Assembly: GCA_046091125.1 (NCBI GenBank)
Contig: JBJTBB010000259.1
Span: 1-27,360 of the forward strand
Origin: Planctomycetaceae bacterium
GTDB taxonomy: Bacteria; Planctomycetota; Planctomycetia; Pirellulales; UBA1268
Direction: 5' to 3'
Length of the DNA: 27,360 nucleotides
Below the pieces are notes generated by a model. The model had not been told where the DNA came from and searched no databases. It was given only the letters and a program-made list of their open reading frames with translations. A program made the translations under genes and the position numbers. Shown in pieces: positions 25,945 to 27,360 of the stretch. How positions within the stretch are numbered: the stretch's first letter is position 1; the number at the start of each line of letters is the position of its first letter.

Positions 25945-27192
25945 TCAGGCGGCCGATCGTTGGAGGCGATCGTTCCTGGCCTCATATCCACCGTTATCGG
26001 TTTTGGCGTGCGACCGTGCGGTCTCCAGTACCGACTCGGCCGCACGTCGCCCCGCCCCTGGCGTGGCGACCCGACAGGCGACCTGGTCGATCCGTTCCCT
26101 CGCGAGCCGCAGTGACTCCGGAACACTGAGCCACTCCACCACGTGACCGGCCACCTGCTCCGCTGGATCCTGTACGCACAGATACTCGGGGTAGACGGCC
26201 GCGGGATCCGATGGATCCACCCTGCTCGGCGGCACCAGCCGTCTCCGGACCGGCTGGATGGGTTGATCGACGGCCAGGAGATTGACGAGGGTGATGAATC
26301 GGGCGTGTCTTAAGAAGCTCTGAACCACGTACGCGAAACCGCTGATGCGATAGACGATCACCGTGGGCACTCGCGCATCGAGAAGTTCGAGTGACACCGA
26401 GCCACTCACCGAGATCGCGACGTCGGCACGACGGATCAGCCGTGAGGCCTCGCCTGCCGTGACCTCCGCCGTCAGCCCCCGAGCCTCCATCGCCGCCCGG
26501 GTCACGGCGGCATGGCGATCGTGGAGGCACGCCACCACGATCCGGACCTCCGGAATGGTTCGTCTCACGATCTCGGCCGACGCCAGCAGCGATGAGAGGT
26601 TTGACTCGATCTCCTGGCTGCGTGAGCCCGGCAGCAGCAGCAGCAACGGATGCGACGCGGGACCGTCACGGGGTTCATCCCTGACGCTCGTGGCGACGCC
26701 ATCGAAGAACGGATGCCCCACGAGCGTCGAGTCGATGCCGTGCGCCCGAAACCATTCATGCTCGAATGGAAGCGGGGAAAGAACGCGGTCGACGAGCCGG
26801 CGCATCTTGTGCACCCGCCAACTAGCCCAGGCCCAAATCTGCGGCGGACAGTAGAAAACTACGGGGATCCCGTGACGTTTCGCCCTCCATGCCAGCCACC
26901 AGTGGAACCCCGGAAAGTCGACGAGTACGAGAACGTCCGGACGCGCGTCGAGAAAGCTCCGCTCCGCAAGCCGTGCGAGTTCGACGAAGCGATGCAGGCT
27001 CGCGATCACCCGCAGGAACCACATCACGGCAAGAACCGTCAGATCCGCAAGCAGGATACAACCGGCGGCCTGCATGTGGGGGCCACCGAGCCCCACGCAC
27101 TCGACCGAAGGCTCGAGTCGACGCAATTCGCTGACCAGAGCGGCCGCGTGGTGGTCGCCGGAGGGCTCGCCGGCCGAAAGGAAGATGCGCAT
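25945..27192 (-). CDS. lpxB: Lipid-A-disaccharide synthase
   Basis: MRIFLSAGEPSGD, GLGGPHM, LVDFPGFH, YCPPQIWAWASWR, LPFE, VGHPFFD, LLPGSRSQE, SGSVSLE, ITLVNLLA. Confidence 0.94.
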   Translation of the reverse strand: MRIFLSAGEPSGDHHAAALVSELRRLEPSVECVGLGGPHMQAAGCILLADLTVLAVMWFLRVIASLHRFVELARLAERSFLDARPDVLVLVDFPGFHWWLAWRAKRHGIPVVFYCPPQIWAWASWRVHKMRRLVDRVLSPLPFEHEWFRAHGIDSTLVGHPFFDGVATSVRDEPRDGPASHPLLLLLPGSRSQEIESNLSSLLASAEIVRRTIPEVRIVVACLHDRHAAVTRAAMEARGLTAEVTAGEASRLIRRADVAISVSGSVSLELLDARVPTVIVYRISGFAYVVQSFLRHARFITLVNLLAVDQPIQPVRRRLVPPSRVDPSDPAAVYPEYLCVQDPAEQVAGHVVEWLSVPESLRLARERIDQVACRVATPGAGRRAAESVLETARSHAKTDNGGYEARNDRLQRSAA

Positions 27193-27236
27193 GAAAAACT
27201 CCGTCCGGGAGAATCAACTCCCGGACGGAGTATGCG
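27188..27236 (-). promoter_or_regulatory. Terminator-like hairpin sequestering the lpxB ribosome-binding site and start codon
   Basis: Perfect 14-bp stem (27198-27211 / 27218-27231) with a 6-nt loop, followed on the minus strand by a U-run and then AUG. A further 5-bp helix (27188-27192 / 27232-27236) includes the AUG. Confidence 0.7.
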
Positions 27237-27260
27237 TGAGGTCGCCAATGCGATCCTAGG

Positions 27261-27359
27261 TCACTTCTTCTTGGGCTCGAAACCCTTCGAAATGTCGCCG
27301 AAAACGAGTGCCAACTGCGCGTCGCCGGAGGCCGCCTCGGCCTTGCCCTTGCAGTTGTT
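27261..27359 (-). CDS. C-terminal fragment of an upstream hypothetical protein (...NNCKGKAEAASGDAQLALVFGDISKGFEPKKK*)
   Basis: Open minus-strand frame from the window edge to TGA at 27263-27261 with GC-rich-genome codon usage. Too short to assign a family. Confidence 0.6.
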   Translation of the reverse strand, partial: NNCKGKAEAASGDAQLALVFGDISKGFEPKKK

Positions 27360-27360
27360 G

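Noticed and set aside
1-27360. rRNA, tRNA, CRISPR arrays, IS elements, integrases, prophage or defence genes
   Set aside because: All long stretches are explained by protein-coding genes and intergenic gaps are at most about 190 nt. No spaced repeats, terminal inverted repeats or transposase motifs were seen by eye.

Overview
GC-rich bacterial chromosomal segment. The gene families and lineage-style extensions suggest Planctomycetota (inference). Left: a minus-strand run of icd, a translationally coupled S9A prolyl oligopeptidase and an M20 ArgE/DapE-like enzyme (truncated by the window edge). Next come a plus-strand pair of sulfotransferase_2 and ExoV-like polysaccharide pyruvyl transferase, and a minus-strand PQQ-like beta-propeller protein. 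Centre: a complete nuoA-N complex I operon (about 15.3 kb) with an Mrp/ApbC/Ind1-type Fe-S carrier ATPase overlapping the nuoN stop. Right: minus-strand lpxB, a site-2 protease and an SGNH-like hydrolase. No rRNA, tRNA, CRISPR array or mobile element was seen. Best second-look items: (1) a long hairpin burying both the Shine-Dalgarno and the AUG of lpxB; (2) a 33-aa ORF filling the nuoD-nuoE gap with ATGA overlaps at both ends; (3) a Rex/CRP-spaced palindrome just downstream of the predicted nuo promoter; (4) a 13-bp tandem duplication whose collapse would fuse NuoB to NuoC in frame; (5) an orphan sulfation plus pyruvylation gene pair; (6) clustered substitutions at normally conserved complex I residues, which may be consensus sequencing errors.
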